From contig CT867985.1 in NCBI GenBank assembly GCA_000165425.1, positions 744,001 to 808,000 on the forward strand: DNA of 64,000 nt. Reading direction: 5' to 3'. Origin of the DNA: Paramecium tetraurelia. Its lineage: Eukaryota. Shown piece after piece: positions 46,876 to 59,572 of this stretch. The position numbers and the translations under genes were made by a program. A model generated the notes under the pieces. The model searched no databases and was not told the DNA's origin. It saw only the letters and a list, made by a program, of their open reading frames with translations. Each line of letters starts with the position of its first letter. The stretch's first letter is position 1.

Positions 46876-48845
46876 ATTTAAAAGATGAATAATTTAATGA
46901 AGAAATCTGCGTGAAAATAAAGACTTTGGATAATCATACTCTAGATGTTCGAATTAAATAAAGCTCAACGGTGAACGATCTTAAAAATTTAATCGAAATA
47001 GTAACTTATCATGATTAGCCAAGTCTTCAACCATCCCATCATCGAGATAGAGATTACTATTTAAGGGAAGGTAACTTAATAATGAGGATACTTTGGTTTC
47101 TTTGAACATTGAGGATTAATGCGTTGTTCATTTGGTTGCCAATATGCCTGAATTTGAATCATCCCCTTTAAATAGAGGACTATCTACTAGTTCAATCGAT
47201 GAGCACGATAATAGAAATAGTTGTATTTAAATAATAAATATACAGTCGATGTACAAGAGAGCAGAAGAAACTCTAGAAAAAAGGTTCTATAGCAAAGGTT
47301 ACATGGATTTTAATAATTGCCTACAAGGAATTCCTTATAACAAAATGTTATGACTTTACACAATCTTTTATAATCATTCAATACAGTGGCTGAAGTCATC
47401 GAGCAAGGCTAAATATTTGCCCAGAAGGACTTTGAACTCGGTTAATGGATTGATTTTAAGGATTCCTATGGTGAATGGCTTGAAGGTTATATTGGCTAAA
47501 AATAATAAAATCAAGTTTTGATAATTCATTAAAATGGAGAAGAATGGATAGGAGTTCCCTCTTTAAGATTAGCCTTATTCAGATCCCACACTATACAAAA
47601 AACTTATCACATGTCTCCCATCTTAAATAATCACGAATAACAATAGTTATGGACCTTTAGCGAACTGCTTGGTCAAACGGCTATGTTGTTATCCAGGGCT
47701 GGCAATATGATGTCTAGATTGGCAGATAGTGTTGAAGACAAGTCAATTCCTTAAAATAAAAAGGCTGATATGTCCAATCTTATTACTGGAATGATTGAGG
47801 AACAAAGAAGGATTCAGGAAGAAAAAGTGGAGAAATAAGATGATGTTACATCTCTGAAATCTATGAAGTCCATGAAATCCGACAAGATATCTATTGATTA
47901 TGAAACATCATCAATTAAATCGATGAAGTATATTGTTGAACTAATTAGATCTGACATCTCCAAATTGACTACTTATTTCATTGGCCATAATCATAACACT
48001 ATGATGGCCGAAAATATTGCAGAAGAAGAGGAGAACAGCAGTTAGGACATGTCAGTTGATAATCAAAGAGATGCGGCCAACATTTCCAAAGAATTTAAGG
48101 AAAATTATGCTTATTATGAGACTTCTTTGCTGGCTGCCTAATTAGCCCCTTTAGCTGATAGACTAGGGAGATTATTGTATATTTTCATCTTAACTTTAAT
48201 AGAGTTGATTTATCCCCATATCTTGCCTTGAGTGGAGCCAACATTAACAAGTATCTTTATGTTATATGAAGTATCTTTCAAAATCATCCTAATTCCAATA
48301 TATCCAATTTATCCATCATTACTAATGAAGGCAGTCAATATTCAACTTAAGCTAAGCAATATTATTTTCAAGTGCCTATTTTGTTAACACCTTTTGAATT
48401 GCATACACAATCCTAATAGGGAATATCAGCCAACAGAATTGTAGGAGATAATGTCGACATCTTAAATCATTTAAACAACAATAATAATAGTAATAGCAAT
48501 AGCAATCCTCGATAAAAAAAAATATCAAAAAAAGAGGAGGAAGAAAAGTAACAGTTTGTTACCTTATCTAAGTATAAACCAACTTAATAATATCATTCAT
48601 CATATTAGTAATAGTAATAACAATAATAATTGTAATAACAATAATAGTAATAACAATAATAGTATTAATAATAAATGAAAGAAGCCAATTTTTAAGTTAT
48701 TGATTAGGATGATTCCTAACAATTATAACAATATTAATCATCAAAGAAATAATCAACTGATGGCCAAATTAAAAAGAAAAAGAAAGGCAAAGAAGTATCT
48801 TTTTCAGAATAAATTAATCAACTGAAAAAGGACAAATAGTTTTGA
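46872..48845 (+). CDS. Ubiquitin-like (UBL) domain protein, BAG6-like, with Tudor/MBT-like module and poly-Q
   Basis: VKIKTLDNH..TVNDLK..RQRLLFKGRQL..VVHLV; FELGQWIDFKDSYGEWLEG; QLAPLADRLGRLL.DLSP. Confidence 0.85.
48607..48675 (+). repeat. (TAA/TAG/CAA)n tract encoding poly-Gln
   Basis: In frame within the UBL gene; Gln codons are mainly the reassigned stops. Confidence 0.8.
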
Positions 48846-48855
48846 TAATTATTAT

Positions 48856-48872
48856 TATATATATATATATAT
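48856..48872. repeat. Short (TA)n microsatellite between convergent genes
   Basis: tatatatatatatata flanked by (ATT)n. Confidence 0.7.
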
Positions 48873-49014
48873 TATTATTATTATATAAACAGAAATAATA
48901 TTTAACTCAATAATTTTTAAACATATAATAAAAAAACTTCAAAGTTGTTGGTGGATATATAATTGAATAAAACTTATCCTTTTGCGATTAAAAAAATTCC
49001 AACTAATTTTGTAA

Positions 49015-49422
49015 TCATAATACTGTTACTTCATAGGAGACTTCTCTTTAACCATTAATATCAATCACCCATTTTTCACAGGCTAACATATCATCTTCCT
49101 TATTAATCATTTTATTTCTATATATATTTTACATCCAAGTGTATTTAGGGGTTTCTTTACACTTTTCGATGCTCTTCAATTTCAAATATTCTTCAGAACT
49201 TTTCATAAATTTCAATTCAATATCAGAAATTCCCTTATAAGCATAACTAAACAAATCATATTTCATTTCAATATCTATAAATTCTTCATGTTCATCTCTC
49301 TCTGGATTATCAAAGGAATGTAAAGCTATAAAGATATCTTTTAAGAAGGATTTAGGATAGCGATAATACTGCTCCTCCTTTTCCTTTTCCTTTCCATTTT
49401 CCTTATCATTATCATTCGACAT
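49015..49422 (-). CDS. Hypothetical protein (135 aa)
   Basis: ORF-track 97 aa extends through TAA to ..REVSYEVTVL*. Confidence 0.7.
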
Positions 49423-49515
49423 AATGATAATAATTATTAATAAATTAATTCTATAAATTTGATGAAAAAATGCATTGATTTATATTATATATTAAATATA
49501 AATAAATACCTATTA

Positions 49516-50034
49516 ATGTCCAAAATATACGAAATAGAAAATTAGCTCATAATCAGATTCCCCCCATAAATAGCAGAGAAAATTAGAGAGTCGTTTGCAA
49601 ATAATTAATAATTACCTATCACAATTGAACCAAAAATTGGAAAAGGAATGGAATTTGATGTATCAATAAACAATTTGAAATACCAAGATAAAGGTGTATT
49701 AGTTGATTTGCCAACCATAACAGAGAGTTATAAATCTAAGGATTATATAAATTTATATAAGTCAAATGATATCAGCTAAATGATTTGGGTGGGAAAGACA
49801 AGCAATACAAGACAATGTGGAGATAAGGTAGTTTGTGACAGTGGATTGACACCACCTACATATGATATCAGAAAGGATTTTCATCGTAAACAACCTTAAA
49901 TTGACATTGGAGAAATTCAAAGAGTTGAGAAAGAATTACACTCTATCTAATCAGAATTCATGAAATAAGCAGAAGAGGAGGAAAATGGGTCAGATGATGG
50001 AAAGAAAGGAAAGAAAAGATATAATAAGTTTTGA
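49516..50034 (+). CDS. TAF7: TFIID subunit TAF7 (TAFII55 N-terminal domain), 172 aa
   Basis: ENQLIIRFP, LVDLPTITESYKS..LYKSNDISQM, SGLTPPT.DIRK..RK. Confidence 0.92.
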
Positions 50035-50054
50035 TCTATTCAATAAATATACAC

Positions 50055-53000
50055 TCATTAAAAGAGTATACTTAAAAGCTTTTCTAATTCTTATTTGTGT
50101 ACAGTTGGTGATCCACTTGCTGTTGATGCTGAAGGTCTTCTACCACAAAATGTTAAATATTGATGTTTAATTTTGCTTTATTGATGTAGCAAGGATAAAA
50201 CCTAAGATAAATTCTGTTAATACATTTTAAATTCTTGGTTCTAGATATTGCCAAGCACCTGAGTTTTAATGTTCTTCTTAACAGAATACAAATTCTGCAT
50301 TCTCATATTATTAAGCAACTACTCTGAAATGGTCATATGGAAAAGGTGCTAATTATTCTACTCTAACGATAGCAACGTCCTAAGTATATTAATAAATATT
50401 TACATTTCGTTTTTGTTTCTTGTCTTTTCTATAAAATGTCATAATAAACTTAACCATAGCAGATGACAACCTTTTTTATTTCTTTAGGAGCTTTAATTTC
50501 TTCGTGAGTATCAGGAATCAGTCTATGGAATCTAGTGCCTTCAAGGAAAAGAGAAATATCAGAAGTTGCCTTAGAAAATTTAAGTAATCTTTTAGAATTG
50601 AATAAAATTAAAGGTTTTCTAAAGTCTCTTCTTAGTTATCTACGCAGAGAGTGGAAATAATTGGAAGGGTTTGAACAGACACACACTTAGAAATTAGAAT
50701 CGAGAATTTGTCTCTTAATTCTCTACTCTTTCATCTGAAATACAATGTTAGGATCATCATCCATCAATTATAAAAATCTTTCCATTCTTCCACTGGAATG
50801 TTCAGGTCCTTAGCCATCTAATCCATGAGGTAACATCATAACAAGTCCTGAGGGTACATTCCATTTAGATTCTCCTGAAGTAATGAAATTGTCAATCATG
50901 ATTTAACATCCATTAGCGAAATCTCCAAATTGTCCTTCCCAAATCGTCAGAACATTAGGATTAGATTGAGAATATCCATATTCGAATCCTAAGACTCCGT
51001 ATTCTGACAATGGAGAGTTGTAAACTTCAAATCTATTATTTCCTCCAGAAGGTATTTAATTTCTAAGTGGATAATATTTGATATCTTTCTTTTGATCATT
51101 AAGGACTGCATGTCTTTATGAGAATGTTCCTCTTTCACAGTCTTGACCACTCAATCTTATACTGAATCCTTCATGTAACAAGGTACCAAAAGCCAGAGCT
51201 TCAGCAGTTCCAAAGTCAATTCCTTTTCCTTATTCAATAGACTACTTTCTTTATTCATAAATTCTCTTGACTTATGGATGAACAGTCAACTCAGCAGGTA
51301 AATGATTGACTTTCTCGTTCAACTCTAATAAATCCTTCAAAGCAACACCAGTATCCTTTACCTTTCCCCATTTGGTCACTTATTAAATCTTTTCCCATGG
51401 TTTAGGTACCCAATGTACTTTATCGAAGGTTTCCTTTTAGATGTTTTTATAAGCAGTCTCTAGACTATTGTTTAACTTCTTAATTTCGGTACTTGCAAAA
51501 TCATCTGTAATAACTCCATTTTTTCTTAATTATTGATCATATAATTGAAATACAGGTTTTTATTTATTAATGATTTCATACATTTATGGTTGAGTGAATG
51601 CAGGTTAATCCTATTCATTATGACCATATCTTCTATATCCAATCAAATCAATTACAATATCCTTTTTGAATTACTATCTGAATCTAACAGCAATTTTGAA
51701 TATTTCTTCTACAAGATCAGGATCATCAGCATTAACATGAATAATAGGTACATCAATAGCCTTAGCAACATCTGTACAATATAAACCAGATCTACTATCA
51801 ATTGGAGTTGTAGTAAATCCAATTTGATTATTAACCACAACATGGATAACACCTTCATTTGAATATCCTGTCAAATTTTCAAGTTATAATGATTCATAGA
51901 CAACTCCTTAACCAGCCATAGCAGCATCTCCATGAATGATGATACCTAAACAGTTTTGTTTATTTCCACAAATGTCTTACAATGCTCTAGTCTTACCTTA
52001 TACAACTGGATTGACAGCTTCTAAATGAGATGGATTTGGTAACATTGTCATTCTAATATGATGTCCATCTGGGAATTATTAATCCCTTGTGACTCCCAAA
52101 TGATATTTCACATCTCCAATATTACCCCATGATTCTTCTATTTCCTTACTGTATTTATTTTAAAATTCTGCAAATATTATTTCCAATGGTTTCTTAAATA
52201 CATTAGCTAATGTGCTTAATCTTCCTCTGTGAGCCATTCCCACAATGATATGTTCAACCTTATTTTGAGCACATTAATCTACAAGTGCTTCTAAACCTAC
52301 GATTAATGTGTCTGTGCCTTCAATTCCAAATCTTTTGCTTGTTGTGAATCTGTTTTTCAAAAACTCATTAAATAGGTCAACTCTAGCTAATCTCTACCAA
52401 GTAGCTGTTTAAGTCTCCTTACTTGGTTTCCATTATGCTATTCTATCCATTTCCTGTTCAACCCAATGTTTTTATTCTGTCGATACCATGTGAATGTATT
52501 CAACCCCGTATTTTTTTGTATAGATTTAAGATAATCTATCATAGATTTCTCTGATTGTCCACTCCTCCTTAACTTCCATAAATGGCTATTCATAGCAATT
52601 ATCAATTACATAGATAAATGATCTTTAATCCTTGTTTCCAAAATAAATTGGGATATCCAATTCTTCCTTCTTAAACCCAAAACTATCCAAAGTCATCTCT
52701 GGTCTCGAGCCCTTCACTCTTCCGTATTCTTTTGTGTTAGGTAGATCTAATAATAAATCACAATATTAGATTACTTAATGGATCCAAATCAGCCAATTAA
52801 TGTCCGCATACGAAAAACATTCTAAACATATAGTAAGTACGATATAGCAATTGTATTTGTTTAGCATGATCCAATGGATTCAAAGATGTTGTGCCTTAGA
52901 CACCTGCTCCACCATTAATCTATTAATAACACTAAAACAAACTTGTTCGCTAAAATATTGTCTCCATCCTTCAGGAACTGATTAAGGGTTCTTTTACCAA

Positions 53001-53071
53001 TGTTCAAACAACCCACTAACATATGTTGCCGAAAAAGAATATCTGATCACTTTATTTGAGGCTCTTATCAT
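50055..53071 (-). CDS. OGDH: 2-oxoglutarate dehydrogenase E1 component, mitochondrial
   Basis: [73 protein letters not shown]. Confidence 0.97.
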
Positions 53072-54159
53072 CGAATTAAAGATATTAAATATTAAATTTA
53101 TTCACTTAAACTAAAACAAGAATGATTATAATATCATTTTATAATAATTCTTTATTGCACCTCAAACATCAAGACTAATTATATATTTATAATAATTCGT
53201 AATTTGAACGAAATCTCGAATCAAAAATACGAAGCATATTTATTATTAAATATTAAATTACGCACTAACTCTCTCTTCTCAATTCAGTTACACCAATCTA
53301 TTCATCTTAAATTTTGATTCTTTACAAGATTTATACGCATTTTAAATTACTTTAACCTCTTAATTTATTGAAAAGAATTGTTTATTTATCATTTACATCC
53401 TTTTTTATTGATTTCTAAGTTTCAGTATCATTTTACTAATTTTAAGTAGACGAATATTTAATTAAGTAATAATTATAATCTTTATAAAAAAGAAAAGCTA
53501 TTCATGTAAACAATCATTAGATTTACTTCAAGTTCTTAATTGCTTAAGTTTATTTTTCTCTTTTTCTTTAAATTTAAAACTTTATTGAAAATTAATTAAA
53601 ATTCCTATTTTTTAATGAAAACTAAGAGAATTACAAAGTTTTGAATCCCAAAATTAAATTAAAGTGTGTTTCTTTGAATTAACATCAACAAAATTTAAAG
53701 AGAGATATTTCAACATTGTTTTTTTGTTTGATTTAAATATTATACCCTATTCATAATAGTCAATCTCATTATTTTTTTTTATTATATCACCAGTACGTCC
53801 CTTTTGGTAACTGTTGAAATTATTACATTTACTCAAAACGCCTAATTATAAATATATCTCAATATAAATTTATCCTTCAAACAATATTAAAGTAATCATT
53901 CTGAGTTATGATACAACTATTATTAAATGAGATTAGAAATTATTGAACCAAGTAACATTTCATTAGAAGCTATTTGTGCTAAAGAGATTATTTAGATTTA
54001 AACTGGATTCCAATAAAAAATCAAAATATTTGTAGATTTAAGAACGTTGAGTGCTTTTTATTCTATTATTATATAAATTATCCAATCAAAATTAATATAA
54101 AATTGTGAAATTTCATTCTTAATCAAAGAATAAGAATTTTCAATTTTAATAATAAACAA

Positions 54160-54410
54160 ATGGGAAGACAAGCAAAAACTTAAAAGAAAGCTCCTAAAGC
54201 AGGTAAGTTTTTAGTTTAATTTGAATAGCCACTAAAAAAATTGCAAAAAAACCAGCTGGCCCAAGATAAACTAGAACAATCAAGGCTGCAGTTGCTGAAG
54301 CTTAAGCTACAACTTAACCAAGTGCTGGATAAAGAAAATTACCAAGATAAAACAGAAGAAACAAGCAAGCCAAAAAAGCTAATTCTAAGAAAGCAGCATA
54401 AAAAAAATGA
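54160..54410 (+). CDS. 74-aa Lys/Ala/Arg-rich basic microprotein (linker histone H1-like)
   Basis: MGRQAKTQKKAPKAATKKIAKKPAGPRQTRTIKAAVAEAQATTQPSAGQRKLPRQNRRNKQAKKANSKKAAQKK*; canonical 26-nt intron 54203-54228. Confidence 0.82.
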
Positions 54411-54538
54411 ATGGATATATAATTAATAAAATATTACAATAAAATGTTTATTTGATTTCATGTTTTCAAGTAATAAATATTGGTGATCTAAGCATTACTC
54501 CATCTTTTGAATAATACTTATAACTAGATAATTAAATA

Positions 54539-55330
54539 ATGAACCCATAACATTACTATTGAGAAAATCTATTATGAAATAATAAATCCTTTAGATTAGA
54601 AGGATCAAACTAAATCATAATTTATATCGCAAATCTTAGCCTTAACAATATTAAAGTCTCTTTTTAAAGGCAAATACATTAAGAAACCTTTGAAATAATG
54701 ATGATGATGATGAATGAAATGGAGCTTAATTACAAAATTCTGTTTCTCTAAAATACTTAATTCTCTATGCAAGACAAAAGAGTCATTCAAATTAATAAGA
54801 GTTTAGTTAAGAGTTAACAAGGAGTTAGAGTTTAATTCAGAACTAATTTTGTAAGAAGGTATATTCGAGGCTTATTTAGCACAACATTTATTTTTTAAAT
54901 AGCATTTTGCAAAATTGTTTTATCTAAGCCATAATAAGTAAGTAGATAATTTTAATAATATTAAATTAATTGAACACTCATTTAAAAGTTTCTGAGATTT
55001 AAAAAATTGAATTTAGAGCTAAAATTATAGCATAAATCTAAATATCCTAAATTCACTAAACTTTCTAAGTGAGATTAAGAATGCATGGATATTGTCAGAT
55101 ATTTCAATTAATGAATAAAAATACATGAAATAAGAAGGTATTGCTTAATATGAATGATATTATAATATTTTAATAATGTAGTCAATAGAGTTTTCTACAA
55201 TCTCTAAAAATCCAACTTCAAAGAAAATAAATAGTAAAATAAGAATAAATCAAAAATTTAGAAAAATTAGTTTGTTTTTCGAAGCCTAAGTGCTTAATTT
55301 ATAAATCTAGACTTTGGAATGAATATGTTT
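54539..55330 (+). pseudogene. Probable decayed gene remnant
   Basis: Coding-like fragments in shifting frames with internal TGAs, including an (ATG)5 tract near 54708. Confidence 0.3.
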
Positions 55331-55379
55331 TGTAATTGATGATTTAACTTCTTACTTATTATTAAAATTTAAATTAATA

Positions 55380-57735
55380 ATGCAAGAGCCATTTAAAGTG
55401 AGTATTAGAGTGAAACCATATGAGGGAAGATCAAGATTTCTCACTTAGAGAATAGGAAAAGAAACTGTAATATCAAAATAAACAATAAATAGATTATACA
55501 AGTAGAATGTCCAACTTAGACAATACGAGATCCTGATACTTATGAATAAAGATCATTTGCATTTGATAATGTGTTCAATGATGGAGAGAGCACACAAGAT
55601 ATTTACGATTAAGTAGATAAATTAAATGTATAATACTAGTCAATATCATAAATGATTTATGATTGTGTTTCTTAAGGATATAATGGAACAATTTTGGCGT
55701 ATGGTTAAACAGGTTCAGGAAAGAGTTACACAATGTTTGGCAACTTATACGATCCTTTGGTAGAAAATGATGGATTGGTTTCGATGGTTTTAGAATAATT
55801 ATTCCAAATGAACGTTAAAATTAGTATTTCATATTTGGAAATTTACAATGAACAAATACGAGATTTAATTGGAGATTAGGTTGGATTGCAGTTGAATGAA
55901 GACCCTATTAAGGGAGTCATGTTATAAGATGTGCAGGAATTGTAAATTATGACTATAGATCATGCAAAATCAATAATAATTAATGGCAATTAAAAAAGAG
56001 TAATGGCTGCAACTAATGCTAACCAATTCTCTTCTCGATCCCATGCAATTATATAATTATTTGTTGTAAACTAACAATACCAATGCAAATTATCCTTAGT
56101 GGATTTGGCAGGAAGTGAAAAAGCCAATGTAAATGAAGGTAGTAAAGGAATTAGACAAATGGAAGGGGCTAATATCAATAAAAGTCTATTGGCCCTAGGA
56201 AATTGCATCAATATGTTGGCTTGTGATTAATCAATGAAGAAGTTTGTGCCTTACAGGGATTCAAAATTAACTAGACTTTTAAAAGACTCTTTGGGAGGCA
56301 ACACTAAAACTCTTATGATAGGGTGCGTAAAACAAATAGTTTAATGTCATGAGGAGAGTATTAATACTCTAAAATATGCATCCAGAGCCAGAGCTATAAA
56401 AAAAAAGATTGTCTAAAATATCAAAATTAATGATGTCACTAATTGTAGTTGTAATTGCAATTCAGAAAATGTAAGCCTATTGCAAGCTGAGATTGAAGCA
56501 TTAAAATAAGAAGTATCATTCTAGTGTACATAATTATTAATAATATCATAGGTTAATTGACAGAAGAAGAGATTGAAATAAGATTGAATTTAAAGCAAAT
56601 CGATTAATTGCAATTCTAAAACAGAGAAGGCTTAGAATATTTGTTACAATAAATGAATTCTGAGATGATAGATGAAGATCGATTGAAGAATGAAATAATG
56701 TAATATGAAAGAGCGATTAATGAAAATGAGAGAATCCGATAAGAGTTGACTTCTCAATTGTAATCTAAGAAGAAAGAAAGAACTGATCCAAGAGACATTC
56801 AAATTGAGATGCTTAAAAAAGAAATTACTTTTCTCAGAGATCAGATTAAATAAAAGGATTTAGTTATTGATTCCTTGAAAATGGATAAGGATAATAGTAA
56901 ATAATCCAGACCACACACTAGTTATTAAGAAACCGATAGACCAAAGATGAATAAAGAGAACTCTATCGAAATTGATGTCAGAAAGGACAGTCTGTAATAT
57001 TGTGGCTCATCTAAATCTATTAAGTAGCCTACAAATAGGGAAGAAGAATAACATCTATAGAAATTGAATAAAGCCAGAGATAACTATAAGATATTTAGGG
57101 CTAAAATGATTCAACTCTAAGAAAAAATGAATTATTACACTAAAAACGACGTTCAATTAAACCAGAATCAATTAAAAGAAATAATTGATATGATGAATGA
57201 ACTCTCAACTCAGAATGGTCCTGTTCTCAAATAAGATGAAGAAATGATAATCTACTTCCAAAAATTCATTAAGTCTTAAACTTAGAAATCTTAATAGCAA
57301 ATAAATCAAAGTACTTTGAATACGCAAATTACTACACCGCAATAAAGATCAAGGAGTGTCAACCCAAATCCAATCAGAGGAAAGGGAACTTCTTAGCATT
57401 AGAGAAAGCCTTTGTAACCAACCAATTAATCACCGATGAATCGATAATTATTCAGTAATCACACTAAACAATATCAGTAATTAGTTTAAAAAGGAAAGAA
57501 GGTATACATTGGTTTGATTTTAGGAAAGTTGTCCCACTCCGTAGAATAAATAAAAGTACATTTTGGAATACGTAAAGAAAATGGAAAATTAAATACCGAG
57601 GGGGAGTAACAAGTCCCCACTACAATCATTTAGCTCAGATAATTCGGATAAGTATTAATTCACTAATATAAGACCAGAGACGATATTATTAAGCGTAGTT
57701 TTATCTAAAAGGTTCCGTTTCAATCAATTTAATGA
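55380..57735 (+). CDS. Kinesin motor, kinesin-8 (KIF18/19, Kip3)-like
   Basis: [64 protein letters not shown]. Confidence 0.92.
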
Positions 57736-57860
57736 TATTATCCACAATTATTATTGTCTCATTACAAAAGCAAATCCAAGTAGTTCTCCAAATATTCATT
57801 TGTTTTTGACATTTCTAATAGTTCTTTATTGTAAAATTGTCGAAATAATTAAATTTAAAT

Positions 57861-58034
57861 ATGGATAATTCTTAACCCAAAGAAAATTAAAAAGCCGAGC
57901 CTTTGAGACCATGTTGTGCTTGTCCTGAAACTAGAAAACTAAGAGACGAATGTATAGTATCTTTTGGAGAAGAGAAATGTTAAAAGGAAATCGATAGTCA
58001 TAAGCTTTGTTTGAAAAAACTTGGATTTGAATGA
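57861..58034 (+). CDS. COX17: Cytochrome c oxidase copper chaperone Cox17 (57 aa)
   Basis: [36 protein letters not shown]. Confidence 0.96.
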
Positions 58035-58157
58035 AAGTTGATAATATAAATGTCTAAATACGATTTTCAAATTGATATTAAACTTGATTTAAATTAGAGT
58101 ATTTTAATATAACCCTTCTTGTCCACTTTATTGTATATAAATTATAATACATTAATT

Positions 58158-59522
58158 ATGAATATTTATAAATCGATCGGACGATTATCTGCCTTCAGAT
58201 TTTCAACCTCTGTCATTGAGATTCTCAACAAATTTGATGAGGAATATTATGTGAAGAATTATTTAAATACATTCACTTCCACGGGGTTTCCATAGGCTAA
58301 TCTAAGTATGATGAAGTATTGATAAACTTTTAGAGATTGGCAATAAAACCTGTAACCTTATTGGGTTGCCAAGGACTGGAGTTCAGGAAACAATAGTAGA
58401 TGATTTAACTTCGCTATTGCTGAAGGATTAGAAGAAGAATAATTTTTTAATACAAATCGATCCATCACCATATTTATATGCTAAAAGATAGCTTTATAAA
58501 TTATATCATTCAAAAGTGGATCCAATCATAACTGATGTAAGAAATTCTAGTAATGTAAGAATTTGTTTGAATAATTACCAACTTTACCTATAGATACCAA
58601 TGAATTAAGATTAGACTTAGCTATATTCGATTCTATCCATTTGATATAGCAACACCCTTAGATAAATGCAGAGAATAAATAAATCATTTTCGAATATTTG
58701 AATGGACAAAAACTGGGCTATTATTAATCAACACTCAAAAGATTAAAGGAGGCCATACAAAAGGATGGAAAATTGTCCGATCAATTATCATAGGAGAGCG
58801 ATGAAATGGCTTAAAAGTTTGCAGATCTATTATCGAGCACAATTCTTTACAGAGATTAAAATCAAACCGATATTGTCTAACTCAGTTTATTACAAGCCTT
58901 GTATATGACAACATTAAAAGGGTCAAGCATTCATTTAATAGGAATGTCGCAAATATATTAGAGAATAGCCAGTGGAATCTTCTTATCGTTATCTGATGTT
59001 TAGGAGATGTTCAATAACATATGTTAAGAAATTCAAAGTAAGAGCATTAGTGAGAATAATTTGAATTATTTATTCGACTTCTAAACAATGTTGTGGAAAT
59101 AAAAGGGAATAGAATATTACCTATTATTCAATATTAATCGTTATTTGAAGAATTCAAAGGGAGAAGATGTCACAGTTATTGTAGATGCATTGCATTATGA
59201 TCCCTTGAGAATAGCAATATCAAATTAACAAAATAATTTTATTGAGGAAATAGAAAATAGTTACTTTGCAGAATTTCAATATCCCAAATTAGAGAAACCA
59301 GAGTAGGATGATTAAATGTTGGAAAAACATGCAATTCTAAGTTCAGTTTTGTCATTTTAAATTTGGAAAGAGCCATGCATCAATAATCCATTTCCATATT
59401 TATCTAAAGATTTCAAAACAATGAGTGTAGATGAGTAAAAAGAAATTCAAGATAAGTATCACTAATTTTATGAGAAATACACAACAAGAATTCAGGATGT
59501 GAAGAATTCATTAAAACAATGA
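58158..59522 (+). CDS. Mitochondrial protein, possibly divergent TraB/PrgY-fold
   Basis: Presequence-like MNIYKSIGRLSAFRFST, CNLIG..LIQIDPSPY, VTVIVDALH; two introns. Fold assignment is tentative. Confidence 0.7.
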
Positions 59523-59572
59523 ATGTATTAATTTAATAGTATTATTAATTTATTTTATATTCTTGATTAAAT

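Noticed and set aside
46885..46914. ATG 46885 as the UBL gene start
   Set aside because: It is out of frame and closes after 9 codons (MNNLMKKSA*).
58158..58320. Deoxyhypusine synthase similarity (STGF.QANL)
   Set aside because: The downstream sequence lacks all DHS motifs.
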